A stretch of 64,000 bases of DNA. Origin: an uncultured archaeon (lineage in GTDB: Archaea > Iainarchaeota > Iainarchaeia > Iainarchaeales > DATDZZ01). A model generated the notes under the pieces. That model worked only from the letters and a program-made list of their open reading frames with translations, was not told the origin of the DNA and did no database searches. This document shows positions 1-10,268 of this stretch, in pieces (the stretch's first letter is position 1; every line of letters begins with the position of its first letter). A program made the position numbers and the translations under genes. The stretch lies in contig CAYJVY010000007.1 in the NCBI GenBank assembly GCA_964373795.1, forward strand, positions 21,385 through 85,384, read 5' to 3'.

Positions 1-167
1 GCCAACGCCAAAACCGGCTTTTCTTAAAATTAATGAATTGTTTTTTATGGAAACCATTATCTAAATTAAAATCAGAAACTCCAGGGCAAATTTTTTTTAT
101 TCATGCTTCCACAATAATTTATTGCCCTAACCTATTTAAATAGTTTTTGTTTAAAATTTGTGTTAAA

Positions 168-485
168 ATGAATTTCAAAAAACATGTCTTGGTTTGCACT
201 AATGAAAAGCCTTTGCATTGCGCCGAAAAAGGTGGTTTAGAATTATTTCAAGCCTTTAAAGAACAGCTTCAAGCAAAAGGTTTGCAAAATGATTTCCTTG
301 TTTCAAAGACTGGTTGCACTCATCAGCATGCTTGTGGGCCTACAGTAATAATTTATCCTGAAGGAGTCTGGCTTAAAGAAGTAAAAAAAGAAGATGTTTC
401 AGAAATACTTGATTCTTTAAAAGAAGGAAAAATTGTTCAACGTTTGTTGAATTCAAATATTTCAGTTCAAGGTCGCGCGCCTTGA
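168..485 (+). CDS. thioredoxin-like [2Fe-2S] ferredoxin
   Basis: Contains motifs HVLVCTNEKPLHC...GGLELF...GCTHQHACGPTVIIYPEGVWL typical of Trx-like 2Fe-2S ferredoxins (NuoE-like). The six-frame ORF starts at TTG 147; the ATG at 168 is the more likely start. The C-terminal 5 aa run into a GC-rich patch. Confidence 0.6.
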   Translation: MNFKKHVLVCTNEKPLHCAEKGGLELFQAFKEQLQAKGLQNDFLVSKTGCTHQHACGPTVIIYPEGVWLKEVKKEDVSEILDSLKEGKIVQRLLNSNISVQGRAP

Positions 486-571
486 ATCACGGTCGCGCCT
501 AGGAATGTGAGGCTAACACAGGCAATAAGCCTTGTTGACTGTTGTCTCAGCTCGTCGGCTGCTTCGTCGGT

Positions 572-1489
572 TTAAAGTAATTGCACTACGTTATAGATAA
601 TCAAACTTAGTGGTACTAAAATTGTTGCGTAAACAATTGCTTTTTTTGAATTGTTTTCTGTTTGTGCAATAAAAATTGAAGCAATTATTGCATATAAAAA
701 AATGTATACTTGGTTTGAAAGAAGCACTGCTTCAAATAGTTTTTTTCTCTCCCCAATTGTTAAACCAAAATCAATTCCTTGAATTAAATCAATATTTAAA
801 CTATTGATTAGTCCAACAATTAATCCTAAAATTAATGGTAATAGTATTCCTCCTGCAAAAATTAAGGTGTATTTTTCAATTGTTAAATTAGCAATTCTTT
901 CTTGTAGCAAGCTTTGAGTTTCCATTATTTCTTCAGCTGTTTCTTTGAAAATTAAATTCATTTCAGCTCCTGAATGATATCCTTGAATTAATAGATTAAT
1001 TGCTTTATTCACTGTTTGAGAATTAATTCTTTTTTTCATGTGTTCTAAGGCTTGTTCAACTGCTGCTCCTTTTTCAATTTCAGAGTTAACTTTGCCAAAT
1101 TCTTGACTTAAAACTCCGAAATTTGTTTTCCCTAAATATGAAATAATTGTTACAATTGATGTTTGTTTTGGAAAAACGCTTGCTTGAAGTAATGCATCTG
1201 GAATTAGTTTTTCAATTTCTTGTTTTCTTTTTTCAAATAAAAACATTTGGATTAAATAATTTGCAATTAATGGAAAAATCAATGCCAGAATTGAGAAAAT
1301 TAGTAAAGTTTCTTGGACCTTTAAAAAAGTTAAAACAGTTAAAACAATTATTCCTAAAACTATTCCTTGATATAAAGAATTTTTAATTAAATTTTTTAAA
1401 CCTTTTTTGAAATTGTTTTCTTTTAACTTGTTTTCAATTTCTTGAATTTTTTCTTTTCCTAGAAATTGGTTTAAAACCTCTTCAATCAT
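572..1489 (-). CDS. T2SS-F domain membrane platform protein (TadC/FlaJ-like)
   Basis: 305 aa. Cytoplasmic helical GspF-like domain (…EIEKGAAVEQALEHM…LIQGYHSGAEMNLIFKETAEEI…) followed by transmembrane helices. Lies in the same operon orientation as the FlaI-like ATPase. Confidence 0.65.
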   Translation of the reverse strand: MIEEVLNQFLGKEKIQEIENKLKENNFKKGLKNLIKNSLYQGIVLGIIVLTVLTFLKVQETLLIFSILALIFPLIANYLIQMFLFEKRKQEIEKLIPDALLQASVFPKQTSIVTIISYLGKTNFGVLSQEFGKVNSEIEKGAAVEQALEHMKKRINSQTVNKAINLLIQGYHSGAEMNLIFKETAEEIMETQSLLQERIANLTIEKYTLIFAGGILLPLILGLIVGLINSLNIDLIQGIDFGLTIGERKKLFEAVLLSNQVYIFLYAIIASIFIAQTENNSKKAIVYATILVPLSLIIYNVVQLL

Positions 1490-1564
1490 TAAAAAATTAG
1501 ACTTGCATTGATTTAAATTAATTAATTTGAATTCGTTTTTTGTCGAACTGTTTTAAGCAATTTG

Positions 1565-2470
1565 TTATTTTGTTTTAGTGTTTTCTAAATAGATTTTCAC
1601 GCTTGCAATTGAACTTAAAATGCTTGAATAAATTCCAACTGGAATCATTAACATTAATATTATTAGAATTCCAATGTAAGGAATTATTATTAATATAAGA
1701 AAAATAGATTGAACAAATTGCATTATTCCTACTATAAATATGATTAAAAACAAGCTTACAACTAAATTAAATAAATAATTTTTTTTTCCAAGTTCAATAA
1801 TTCTTTTAATTGATTCCTTAACCGAGGTATTTTCCAACAATATTTGTGGTTCAAGAATAATAAAGAAAGGACTAACTAAAAATGATGTCCAAATAGCAAC
1901 CATTACTAATACAAGTAAAACTAATAAAAATAATATTAAAAGAAGTCCAAAAATTGCTCCTGAAGAACTTCCTCCTAAAGCACCTATTACAAGTAATAAA
2001 ACTACTCCGGCTAAACTTACTCCTCCAAAAATAAGCCCTAACACCGCCATAATTAATGCTCTAACGAAAAATAGTTTTATTGCTCTTGGCTTTGCTTTTT
2101 CAAATACTTCTTTTAAATTAAACTTTCCTTTTTTTAGAAATTCGTTTACTCCGTTTATTTTTATTCCACTAATAAACGCGCTTAGAAATAAATAAATTAA
2201 AAGCAAAACCAGGAATGCAATTACTCCTAAAATTAATGGGACAATTAATGCAATAGGCCCCACAAGAGATAAGGCTGCTGCTAAAAGGAATAAAACAAAT
2301 CCTATTCCTAGTCCTGCAAATAAAAGAACTGTGAATAAAACTAACTCTAATGCGTAAACAATTAGGTGTAAAATAATTAATTGCAATGAAAAACTGTTAC
2401 TGAATGTAATTCGCAATAATTCGAAAATCTTTTTTGAATCCAAGCTTTTCAATGAAAGATTTACCACCAT
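1565..2470 (-). CDS. polytopic integral membrane protein, unknown function
   Basis: 301 aa, extremely hydrophobic with 8 or more predicted helices and almost no charged residues. Sits between the two T2SS-F genes with short spacers. No prepilin-peptidase Asp motifs were recognised. Confidence 0.45.
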   Translation of the reverse strand: MVVNLSLKSLDSKKIFELLRITFSNSFSLQLIILHLIVYALELVLFTVLLFAGLGIGFVLFLLAAALSLVGPIALIVPLILGVIAFLVLLLIYLFLSAFISGIKINGVNEFLKKGKFNLKEVFEKAKPRAIKLFFVRALIMAVLGLIFGGVSLAGVVLLLVIGALGGSSSGAIFGLLLILFLLVLLVLVMVAIWTSFLVSPFFIILEPQILLENTSVKESIKRIIELGKKNYLFNLVVSLFLIIFIVGIMQFVQSIFLILIIIPYIGILIILMLMIPVGIYSSILSSIASVKIYLENTKTK

Positions 2471-2509
2471 GACAAAATTAATTTAAAAGTATTTAAATTT
2501 CTTTGCATT

Positions 2510-3319
2510 TTAGCTTCTCAAAAAAATAGGAGTTTTTATTTTAATGAAGTATAAAATTGCAATATCTACTAATGGAAATCCGATACAGGTTATTAAAATG
2601 ATTTGAAGTGGAGTAAAACCTATCTTTAAAAACATTGATCCAATTAATGTAAAGGCTTGAAACAAAGCTGGAAGAATAGCTGAAACAGCTATAAACATTA
2701 ATGAAAATAAAACCATTTTTCCTGAAAACTGTTTTGAAATATTTTTTTGCTTAATTAACTGTTCTTCAGCTATTTTCTTTAATGCTTCTCCTTTTAACTC
2801 GTTTTTGTTTCCTTGTTCATAAATATTTATTAGTTGTGCAATAGTTCTAGTTAAAATGTTTGAATCAATTCTTTCACTTAAATGAAATAATGCTTCTTGA
2901 ATGCTTGCCCCGTTTTCTTTTATTTCTTTTAAAACTTTTTTTAACTCAACTGAAACTACTCCGTATTTTTCATTTGAAATATTTTCAAGTGCTTTAAAGA
3001 ATGGAACATTAATGTTTAATTCAACTGCTAAAGCCATTAAAGCAAAAGGTAAATCTTTTTCAATTAAAGCGGCTGTTTTATTCTTTTTACTAATGGGGTT
3101 AAAGAAAGCATAACAAATGCTTAAGAAAAAAGTGATAATTAAAACTATTATGGATTGAATTAGGTTTTCAATTATTAGTAGAAACAAAAAACTTCCAATA
3201 ACTGAAACTATTCCTCCATAAAATAAGTGTTTTTTTAAATAGATTTCTAGAGGTAAATCTATTTGTGCGTAAAATAAATTTTTTTCAAGAGTTTTTAATT
3301 GGTTTTCAAGTAGATTCAT
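2510..3319 (-). CDS. T2SS-F domain membrane platform protein (TadB/FlaJ-like)
   Basis: 269 aa with a GspF-like domain (…NGASIQEALFHLSERIDSNILTRTIAQLINIYEQGN…) plus transmembrane segments. Starts 11 bp after the ATPase gene ends. Confidence 0.65.
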   Translation of the reverse strand: MNLLENQLKTLEKNLFYAQIDLPLEIYLKKHLFYGGIVSVIGSFLFLLIIENLIQSIIVLIITFFLSICYAFFNPISKKNKTAALIEKDLPFALMALAVELNINVPFFKALENISNEKYGVVSVELKKVLKEIKENGASIQEALFHLSERIDSNILTRTIAQLINIYEQGNKNELKGEALKKIAEEQLIKQKNISKQFSGKMVLFSLMFIAVSAILPALFQAFTLIGSMFLKIGFTPLQIILITCIGFPLVDIAILYFIKIKTPIFLRS

Positions 3320-3329
3320 TTTAATTCCT

Positions 3330-4826
3330 TTAAAATTTGTTTATTTTTTCAAGTATCTCCTCATTTGACTTTTTTTCCTCTACTAGTTTTTCTAAAAATT
3401 TTCTTCTTTTGAGTAATTCAGAGTTTAATTCTTTTTCTTTTAATCCAAAGCATTGCATTATTTTTGTTTTAACTTTTTTTGATTCGTTTGTTTTTTCTAA
3501 ACAGTTTTTTTCGTAATTGAATTTAAATAATGTGTTTAATTCAACTTCTTTTTGTGATTCAAGTATTTCAGTTATTTCAATTATTTTTCGTATTTCTTTT
3601 TTTGAATTGTTTTTTAAATCAATTTTGTTCCAGCGTTTTTGAATTATAATTAAATCAATTGATGTTAGATCCATTTCCATTACTTTTAATTTTTTTAATC
3701 TCTTTAATGCTTCATTTGAACTTAAAGCATGAAAGGTTGCATAAGATCCTTTTCCTTGTCCTGCAAGCAAGGTATTAATAAATGCTTCAACTTCTTCTTG
3801 ATTTCGGATTTCTCCCACAATTATTCTGTCTGGGCGCATTCTAAGTGTTTCAACTATTAAGTTTTGCATTTTAATTCCAAGGTTTTCAACAGTATTTAAT
3901 TTAATTAAGTGTTTGTGTGGAAGATTTATTTCAGGAGTTTCTTCTGTTAAAATAATTCTTTCTTCTTGTGGAACAAAATAGAATAATGCATTCATTGAAG
4001 TTGTTTTTCCTGATCCAGTATTTCCTGCAATCATTAAACTTGAATCAGTGTTTAATGTCATCCAAAGAAAGGCTAGTGCTTCAATTGAAACAGTGTTTAA
4101 TTTAATTAAGTCAATTGGAGTGAAAGGTTTTTTCTTGAATTTTCTAATTGTAATGCTTGGCCCCGAAAAAGTTATTGGAGAAATTAATGCATTTATTCTT
4201 GAGCCATCTAATAAGCAGGCATTTAAATTAGGGGTTTGAAGGCTTAATTGTCTTCCAAGTTCTCTGCTCATTTTGTTTACTAAATTTTTTACTGTTGTTT
4301 CATGGGAATAATATAGATTTGTTTTAAGCCATCCAAAAGTTTTTTCAAATATGTGCACAGGTTTTAATTCTCCTAAACCTATTACAGTTATTTCTTCTAT
4401 TTCATCATTTTCTAAAAGCTTTGATATTGCCCCATATTTGAATACTTGCGAATTAAGTATTTCAAGCAAATATTCTTTTTGTTCTTCCTCTAGAAAAATT
4501 GAATTTTTTTCACAATAATTTTGCAGAGTGTTTTCAATTAAAGCAATTTTTGGATTATCTATTTCTTTTACTTGGAATTCATTTAAAATTTTTTGAATTA
4601 ATTCTGCCTCTTGAACAGTTAATTCAGGAATTTCTTTTATTACATAAATCCTTTCATTGTTTCTTAACTCAATTATTTTGAATTCATTTTTTTCAATCAA
4701 TGTTTTGTTTATTTCTTCTTCTCTGAAATGGAATACTCTCCATCCAAGAATTTTTTCAACCTCTTTTATTTCTTTAAAGCTTTGAGTTAAGCAAATCAAG
4801 TTTTGCACAGAATTTTTTTTATTCAT
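3330..4826 (-). CDS. FlaI/TadA/CpaF-like secretion ATPase (VirB11 superfamily)
   Basis: 498 aa. Walker A AGNTGSGKTT, Walker B DRIIVGEIR, a His-box region, and an N-terminal FlaI-like domain. Confidence 0.85.
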   Translation of the reverse strand: MNKKNSVQNLICLTQSFKEIKEVEKILGWRVFHFREEEINKTLIEKNEFKIIELRNNERIYVIKEIPELTVQEAELIQKILNEFQVKEIDNPKIALIENTLQNYCEKNSIFLEEEQKEYLLEILNSQVFKYGAISKLLENDEIEEITVIGLGELKPVHIFEKTFGWLKTNLYYSHETTVKNLVNKMSRELGRQLSLQTPNLNACLLDGSRINALISPITFSGPSITIRKFKKKPFTPIDLIKLNTVSIEALAFLWMTLNTDSSLMIAGNTGSGKTTSMNALFYFVPQEERIILTEETPEINLPHKHLIKLNTVENLGIKMQNLIVETLRMRPDRIIVGEIRNQEEVEAFINTLLAGQGKGSYATFHALSSNEALKRLKKLKVMEMDLTSIDLIIIQKRWNKIDLKNNSKKEIRKIIEITEILESQKEVELNTLFKFNYEKNCLEKTNESKKVKTKIMQCFGLKEKELNSELLKRRKFLEKLVEEKKSNEEILEKINKF

Positions 4827-4892
4827 TTAATTCATTTTACTTCAATGAATAAAGGTTAATAAGATTTCACCTAAATTCGCTTATTGCAGAAG

Positions 4893-4918
4893 TTAAGGTT
4901 TTTAAATAAAAACCTTAA
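4893..4918. promoter_or_regulatory. perfect 12-bp inverted repeat TTAAGGTTTTTA-aa-TAAAAACCTTAA in a divergent promoter region
   Basis: Read directly from the sequence. Lies in the 99-bp divergent spacer between the ATPase operon (minus strand) and ORF 4926 (plus strand), and embeds a TTTAAATA TATA-like core. Confidence 0.35.
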
Positions 4919-4925
4919 TTAATAT

Positions 4926-5495
4926 TTGATGCGAAAAAATTCCAGTTTTAATGGGTTTCCACAAGAATTTGCAATGGCTTTAGAGTTACTTAAATCAAAG
5001 CCTGTTTTTTATCATGATAAAACAACTCATTTAAAAATTTTTTTAAGAGAAATTAAAGGCGTTATTAATCCTCAAATAAGTTTTCCTGATTATCATGATG
5101 CATTATTTTTTGAAGCAGAAGATTTAACTAAATCTTTTAATGCCTCTTTGAATGACTTAACTTATGTTGTTAGATTAGATTCTTTTTTTGAGGAGAAGAC
5201 TAAACTTTTTTTTGCAATAGAGTTGACTTCTAAAAATGAGTTGAATTTAAGTAATTTGCCTTTAATTTTGTTAAATTATTTAAGTAAAAGAGTTGCTGAT
5301 GATTGGAATAAAAAAATTGATTCTTTAAATGAAATTAATTCTGGTTTTTTTGGAGTATTAGATTCTAGTGTTAATTCTTCAGTTAACTTGAATGAATTTG
5401 AAAAAATGTTTTTTTTGATTGAAAAAAATAGAGTTGTATTGCTTTTTGAATTTCCTTTAAAAGAACGAAAATCTTCAGGCTATTTTGAGGATTAA
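4926..5495 (+). CDS. hypothetical protein
   Basis: 189-aa ORF with no recognisable motifs. Divergent from the pilus-like operon. Confidence 0.4.
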   Translation: MMRKNSSFNGFPQEFAMALELLKSKPVFYHDKTTHLKIFLREIKGVINPQISFPDYHDALFFEAEDLTKSFNASLNDLTYVVRLDSFFEEKTKLFFAIELTSKNELNLSNLPLILLNYLSKRVADDWNKKIDSLNEINSGFFGVLDSSVNSSVNLNEFEKMFFLIEKNRVVLLFEFPLKERKSSGYFED

Positions 5496-6463
5496 AATTC
5501 TGTTAACTTTTTTGTTTTTGCTGAGTCTGTTTTAAAGTTTGATTCGTCTGCGTGTATTGTGTTAATTGCTTCTGCAAAAAGGTTTGCCACGCTTAATACT
5601 TTGAATTTTTCTGAAAGTTTTTTTTCAATTTGATTGATTGAGTCAGTTACAATTATTTCTTTGATTGATTTGTCTGAAAGCCTTTCTATTGCTGGTTCGG
5701 AAAAGATTCCGTGTGTTGCGGCAACATAGATGTCTAATGCACCTTGTTTTTTTAAAGCCTTAGCTGCTTCTGAGACAGTTCCCGCAGTGTCAATCATGTC
5801 GTCTAATATTATGCAGTTTTTTCCTTTGACTTCTCCTACTACTGTCATTTCTTCTACTTCGTTGTGTTTTACTCTTCTTTTGTCAATTATTGCTATTGGT
5901 GCATTAAGCATTTTTCCCACTCTTCGAGTTTTTTTTGCCGCGCCTGTATCTGGAGCAATTATGCATAAATTTTTTAGTTTTTTTGAAACAAAGTATTCAA
6001 CTAGTAATTCACTTGCATGTAAATGATCTACTGGAATATCAAAAAAGCCTTCAATTTGATCTGAATGTAAGTCAAGTGTTAAAACTCTGCCTGCCCCAGA
6101 GGTTGCAATTAGGTTTGCAACAAGTTTTGCAGTAATTGGTTCTTGTGGCTTGGCTTGCCTGTCTTGTCTTGCATACCCATAATATGGGATTACTGCAGTA
6201 ATTCTTTTAGCCGAACTTCTTTTCACTGCATCAATTATTATTGCTAATTCCATTAAATTATAATTTACATCTTTTGAAGTTGGTTGAATTATAAATACAT
6301 CTTTGCCTCTAACATTTTCTTCAATTCTTACATATACTTCTCCGTCTTTAAAATGAGATATTTCCATTGAACTTAATTCTATATTCAAATATTTTGCAAT
6401 TTTTTCAGCTAAAAGCGTATTAGATGATCCTGTAATTATTGCTAAATTAGAGTCTTTTTTCAT
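5492..6463 (-). CDS. prs: ribose-phosphate pyrophosphokinase
   Basis: Motifs DGEVYVRI, ARQDR, DLHSDQIEGFFDIPVDHL, and the PRPP-binding loop IILDDMIDTAGT. Confidence 0.9.
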   Translation of the reverse strand: MKKDSNLAIITGSSNTLLAEKIAKYLNIELSSMEISHFKDGEVYVRIEENVRGKDVFIIQPTSKDVNYNLMELAIIIDAVKRSSAKRITAVIPYYGYARQDRQAKPQEPITAKLVANLIATSGAGRVLTLDLHSDQIEGFFDIPVDHLHASELLVEYFVSKKLKNLCIIAPDTGAAKKTRRVGKMLNAPIAIIDKRRVKHNEVEEMTVVGEVKGKNCIILDDMIDTAGTVSEAAKALKKQGALDIYVAATHGIFSEPAIERLSDKSIKEIIVTDSINQIEKKLSEKFKVLSVANLFAEAINTIHADESNFKTDSAKTKKLTEF

Positions 6464-6503
6464 AACACATTCTTCTTAGAACTTGTTTAAAAAGGTTTTC
6501 AAA

Positions 6504-7484
6504 CTATATTGTTTGAATTTCTGTTACTTGAAATAAAACATTTTCTTTTAAAGAATTCAAGTTTTCTGTATTACTTAAAGAAGGAGTTGAAGGATTGGAA
6601 ATTCTTAAAATTAAAGGGTTTTGAGAATTTGCAAGAACAATGAATTGATTTTCAAGTAAATCAATTGCTTTAATTACTTCAATTGTTTGCATTTCATTAT
6701 TGATTTTAATGTTATAATAACTTGTTTCGCCATTGTTTGTTAAATCAATTCCGTAAATTCCTTTTTGAGGCAAAAACTTTTTCTTTTCTTTAATCCATTG
6801 AGGTTCGACATTGAAGTCAAAATTAATGCTTGTTTCTCTAGTAGTTGAGAGCTCATCAAAAGTTAAATCGCTTAACCAAATCAAACTGTTTTCAACATTT
6901 TTTTCTCCTTCAAGCCATTGAAATGGACTTGAAATAATTGCTCCGTTTGCAACAACATTTTCTTCTATTTCTCCTAATTTAAATTTTTCTGCAGTTAAAG
7001 TTCCATTAATTTTTTCACTTGCATTTAATTCAAATGAAATTTTGATTTTTTCTTTTGGCTTGAATTCAAGTACTTGAATTTGAATTTCTGTTCCTTCAAC
7101 TGTTGATTCTTTTGAAACAGGTTTAATTGTTAGCTTCATTCCTTGAGCTGAAAGGCTTTTACTTAACTTTTCTGCGTTTTCTTTTTCGTTTTTATTTAAT
7201 TCTTTTTCAGAGAAAAAAGGATTTGAGTAAACAGGAACTTTATTTATTGGATTGCCTTCAACTTTTGATACTCCTGGAATAGTGTCAGATTTGTTTACAA
7301 GAACATCATTATTTGTGGAAATATTTGTAACTGGTTTTAGTGGATTTAATAAAATGAATGCAACAATTACTGCAAGCACTATTCCTGCAATTATGTAAAC
7401 TGCTATTGCTGTTTCTTTTTTTTCTGATTGCATTGAATAATTTGTTTCTTGATTTCTTTTAGGCATTGTATTAATTACCTTCAT
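6504..7484 (-). CDS. membrane-anchored extracellular protein, unknown function
   Basis: 326 aa with one N-terminal transmembrane helix followed by an S/T/N-rich extracellular domain. Lies 22 bp downstream of the P-type ATPase on the same strand. Confidence 0.45.
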   Translation of the reverse strand: MKVINTMPKRNQETNYSMQSEKKETAIAVYIIAGIVLAVIVAFILLNPLKPVTNISTNNDVLVNKSDTIPGVSKVEGNPINKVPVYSNPFFSEKELNKNEKENAEKLSKSLSAQGMKLTIKPVSKESTVEGTEIQIQVLEFKPKEKIKISFELNASEKINGTLTAEKFKLGEIEENVVANGAIISSPFQWLEGEKNVENSLIWLSDLTFDELSTTRETSINFDFNVEPQWIKEKKKFLPQKGIYGIDLTNNGETSYYNIKINNEMQTIEVIKAIDLLENQFIVLANSQNPLILRISNPSTPSLSNTENLNSLKENVLFQVTEIQTI

Positions 7485-7505
7485 TTAATTAAAAAGGTTT
7501 TTGTT

Positions 7506-10214
7506 TTAAGCACTTGGATTTCTTTGAATTTTTGAAATCAATTTATTTGCAATGTTATTAATGTATGGAACTAGTATTGCGCTTAACCCTAGAATGAAAA
7601 CAATAATCCATTGAATTAAATTCAAGTTTGTTACTTCAAAAAATTTTTGCAACAAAGGCACATTTAATACAATTAAATGAGCGATAAAAGAAATTATTAC
7701 TGCTAGTACAAGCCATTTGTTTGCATAAAAAGGTTTATTGAATAGAGTAGTGTTTTCTCCTCTGCAATTGAATACAAAAATTAATTCAAACAAAATCATT
7801 GTAGTTAAAGCCATTGTTTGACCTAAAATAAGTCCTCCTTCTTTTAATCCAATTGCAAAAGCTAATAGAGTTACAATAGATACAATAATTGCTATAATTA
7901 AAATTTGTCCAAATATTCCGTGCAATAAATCTTCTTTTGGATTTCTTGGCTTTTCTTCCATTACTTTATCAGATATTTCTTCTTTGCTTAAAGCCAGTGC
8001 AGGAAATAAATCTGTAACTAAATTAATCCATAAAAGTTGCATGAATCCTAAAGGCAATCCAATATGTAATCCAAAAGCAATTGAAATAATTTGAGCAATT
8101 GAAATTGTTAGTATTTCTCCAAAGTTTGCTGATAACAAGTATTTAACAGAGTTTTTAATGTTTGAATAAATTTTTCTTCCTTCTCGAACAGCTTTAACTA
8201 TTGTTGAAAAATTGTCATCCAATAAAACCATGTCTGCAACTTGTTTTGCTACATCTGTTCCTTTAATGCCCATTACAACTCCAATGTCTGCATTTTTTAA
8301 TGCAGGGGCATCGTTTACTCCGTCTCCAGTCATTGCAATTACGTTATTGTTTTGTTTTCTTAAAGCATTAATTATTTTTACTTTGTGTTCAGGGCTAACT
8401 CTAGCGAAAACACTTAATTCATTAATTTTTTTCGCTAATTCTTCTTCGCTTAATTTATCTAATTCTTTTCCTTCAATCGCAACTTTTTTTAAGTCAACAT
8501 TTTCTTCAATTAATTTAATTTGTTTTGCTATTGCAATAGCTGTAAGCAAGTGGTCTCCTGTAACCATTTTAACTTGGATTCCAGCTTTTCTGCATAAAGC
8601 AATTGCTTCAAGTGATTCTTTGTGCGGAGAATCAATCATTCCAACTAATCCAACAAAAATTAAATCTTTTTCATCCCTTAATTCAAGTTTTCCTTTTTCT
8701 TTTCTTTCTTTGAATGCAAATCCTAAAACCCTTAAACCCTTTGATGCAAGTTCATTGTTTTTTTCCAAGAATTCATTCAATTTTTTTTTGTCTAATTTTT
8801 TTTGCTTTCCATTTTCCATGAAAAAAGTTGAACGTTCCAAAATTGCTTCAGCCGATCCTTTTGAATACAAGAAGTGTTTTCCTTTTGCATTGAATTCAAC
8901 GCTCATCATTTTTCTGTTTGAATCAAATTCTAATTCATCTAAAAATTCTTCTTTAAGGTTTTCTTTTGTAAATCCTAGTTTTTTTCCTAATACAAGCAAG
9001 GCTATTTCAGTTGGATCTCCAATTAATTCTTTTTTTGTTTCACCTATGTGAGCGTTATTGCATAAAACACTTATTTTTGAAATTAATTCAAGTTCTTTTG
9101 AAGGAGTTAAAATTTTTTCTTGGTTTAAGGAAATTTCGCCTTGAAGATTGTATCCTTCTCCGCTTACATTAAATTCTTTGAAGTTGTCGAAAACTTTTTG
9201 CACCATTAACTCGTTTTTAGTAATTGTCCCAGTTTTATCAGAGCAAATAACTGTTGTACTGCCAAGTGTTTCAACTGCGGCTAATTTTCTTATAACTGCA
9301 TTTCCTCTAGCCATTGCTTGAGTTCCTAAAGCTAAAGCAATTGTTACAACTGCTGGCAAGCCTTCTGGAATAGCTGCTACTGCTAATCCAATGGCAATTA
9401 AAAACATTTTAATTAATTCGCTTCCAGCTAGCATTCCAAGCAAGAAAATTATTATTATTAATACAACAGCTATTTTTGCTAAAAAAGTTCCAAGTTTATC
9501 CATTTTTTCAACTAAAGGTGTTTTAGTTTCTTCAATGGATTGAAGTGATTCAGCTATTTTTCCAAACTCTGTGAATTGCCCTGTTGCAATAACTATTGCT
9601 TTTCCTCTTCCTTTTACAATAGTTGTTCCAGCAAATAAAATGTTTTTTTGTTCTGCTATAGGAATTTTTTCTTTTTCAATTACCTCTGCAATTTTTCCAA
9701 CTGGAGTTGATTCTCCTGTTAAAACAGCTTCATCTACTCTTAAATTAATTGCTTCAATTATTCTTGCATCTGCTGCAACAATTTCTCCTTCTTCTACTAA
9801 AATAATGTCTCCTGGAACTAAATGCTTTGAATCAACTAATTCTTCTACTCCATTTCGAATTACTGTTGCATTTGAAATAGTCAATTTTTTTAAAGCCTCT
9901 AAAGCTTTTTCTGCTTTTGATTCTTGGTAAAACCCAATAAATGCATTCACTACCACAATTATTGCAACCAGAATTGCTCCATCAAGTTCTCCAATAAATA
10001 AATTAATTATTCCTGCTGCAATTAATACATAAATTAAAGCTGATTTGAATTGATTTAAAAAAAGAATTAATGCATTAATTTTTTTCTTTTCCTTTAATTC
10101 ATTTAATCCAAATTTTTTTAATCGCTTTTTTGTTTCTTCTTCGCTTAAGCCATTTAAATTACATGTTAATTCATTCAAAACTTTTTCTACGCTTAACCTA
10201 TAATAGTCGGCCAT
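7506..10214 (-). CDS. P-type cation-transporting ATPase (P2-type, Ca2+/Mg2+-like)
   Basis: 902 aa. Phosphorylation motif CSDKTGTIT, hinge TGDGVNDAPAL, and TGES in the actuator domain. About 10 transmembrane helices. Confidence 0.9.
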   Translation of the reverse strand: MADYYRLSVEKVLNELTCNLNGLSEEETKKRLKKFGLNELKEKKKINALILFLNQFKSALIYVLIAAGIINLFIGELDGAILVAIIVVVNAFIGFYQESKAEKALEALKKLTISNATVIRNGVEELVDSKHLVPGDIILVEEGEIVAADARIIEAINLRVDEAVLTGESTPVGKIAEVIEKEKIPIAEQKNILFAGTTIVKGRGKAIVIATGQFTEFGKIAESLQSIEETKTPLVEKMDKLGTFLAKIAVVLIIIIFLLGMLAGSELIKMFLIAIGLAVAAIPEGLPAVVTIALALGTQAMARGNAVIRKLAAVETLGSTTVICSDKTGTITKNELMVQKVFDNFKEFNVSGEGYNLQGEISLNQEKILTPSKELELISKISVLCNNAHIGETKKELIGDPTEIALLVLGKKLGFTKENLKEEFLDELEFDSNRKMMSVEFNAKGKHFLYSKGSAEAILERSTFFMENGKQKKLDKKKLNEFLEKNNELASKGLRVLGFAFKERKEKGKLELRDEKDLIFVGLVGMIDSPHKESLEAIALCRKAGIQVKMVTGDHLLTAIAIAKQIKLIEENVDLKKVAIEGKELDKLSEEELAKKINELSVFARVSPEHKVKIINALRKQNNNVIAMTGDGVNDAPALKNADIGVVMGIKGTDVAKQVADMVLLDDNFSTIVKAVREGRKIYSNIKNSVKYLLSANFGEILTISIAQIISIAFGLHIGLPLGFMQLLWINLVTDLFPALALSKEEISDKVMEEKPRNPKEDLLHGIFGQILIIAIIVSIVTLLAFAIGLKEGGLILGQTMALTTMILFELIFVFNCRGENTTLFNKPFYANKWLVLAVIISFIAHLIVLNVPLLQKFFEVTNLNLIQWIIVFILGLSAILVPYINNIANKLISKIQRNPSA

Positions 10215-10268
10215 GAAATTAGATAATGAAAAACTATTATAAAAGCCTTCGCAAAATTAATTTTCAAA

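Noticed and set aside
8212-9051. Long ORFs nested antisense inside large genes (for example 8212..9051 and 9571..9930 in the P-type ATPase, 1147..1386, 2901..3113, 5730..6135, 26927..27118, 31551..31916, 47291..47740, 59121..59426)
   Set aside because: They are low-complexity S/F/L/K-rich translations of the antisense strand of well-supported genes. This is the expected artefact in AT-rich DNA.
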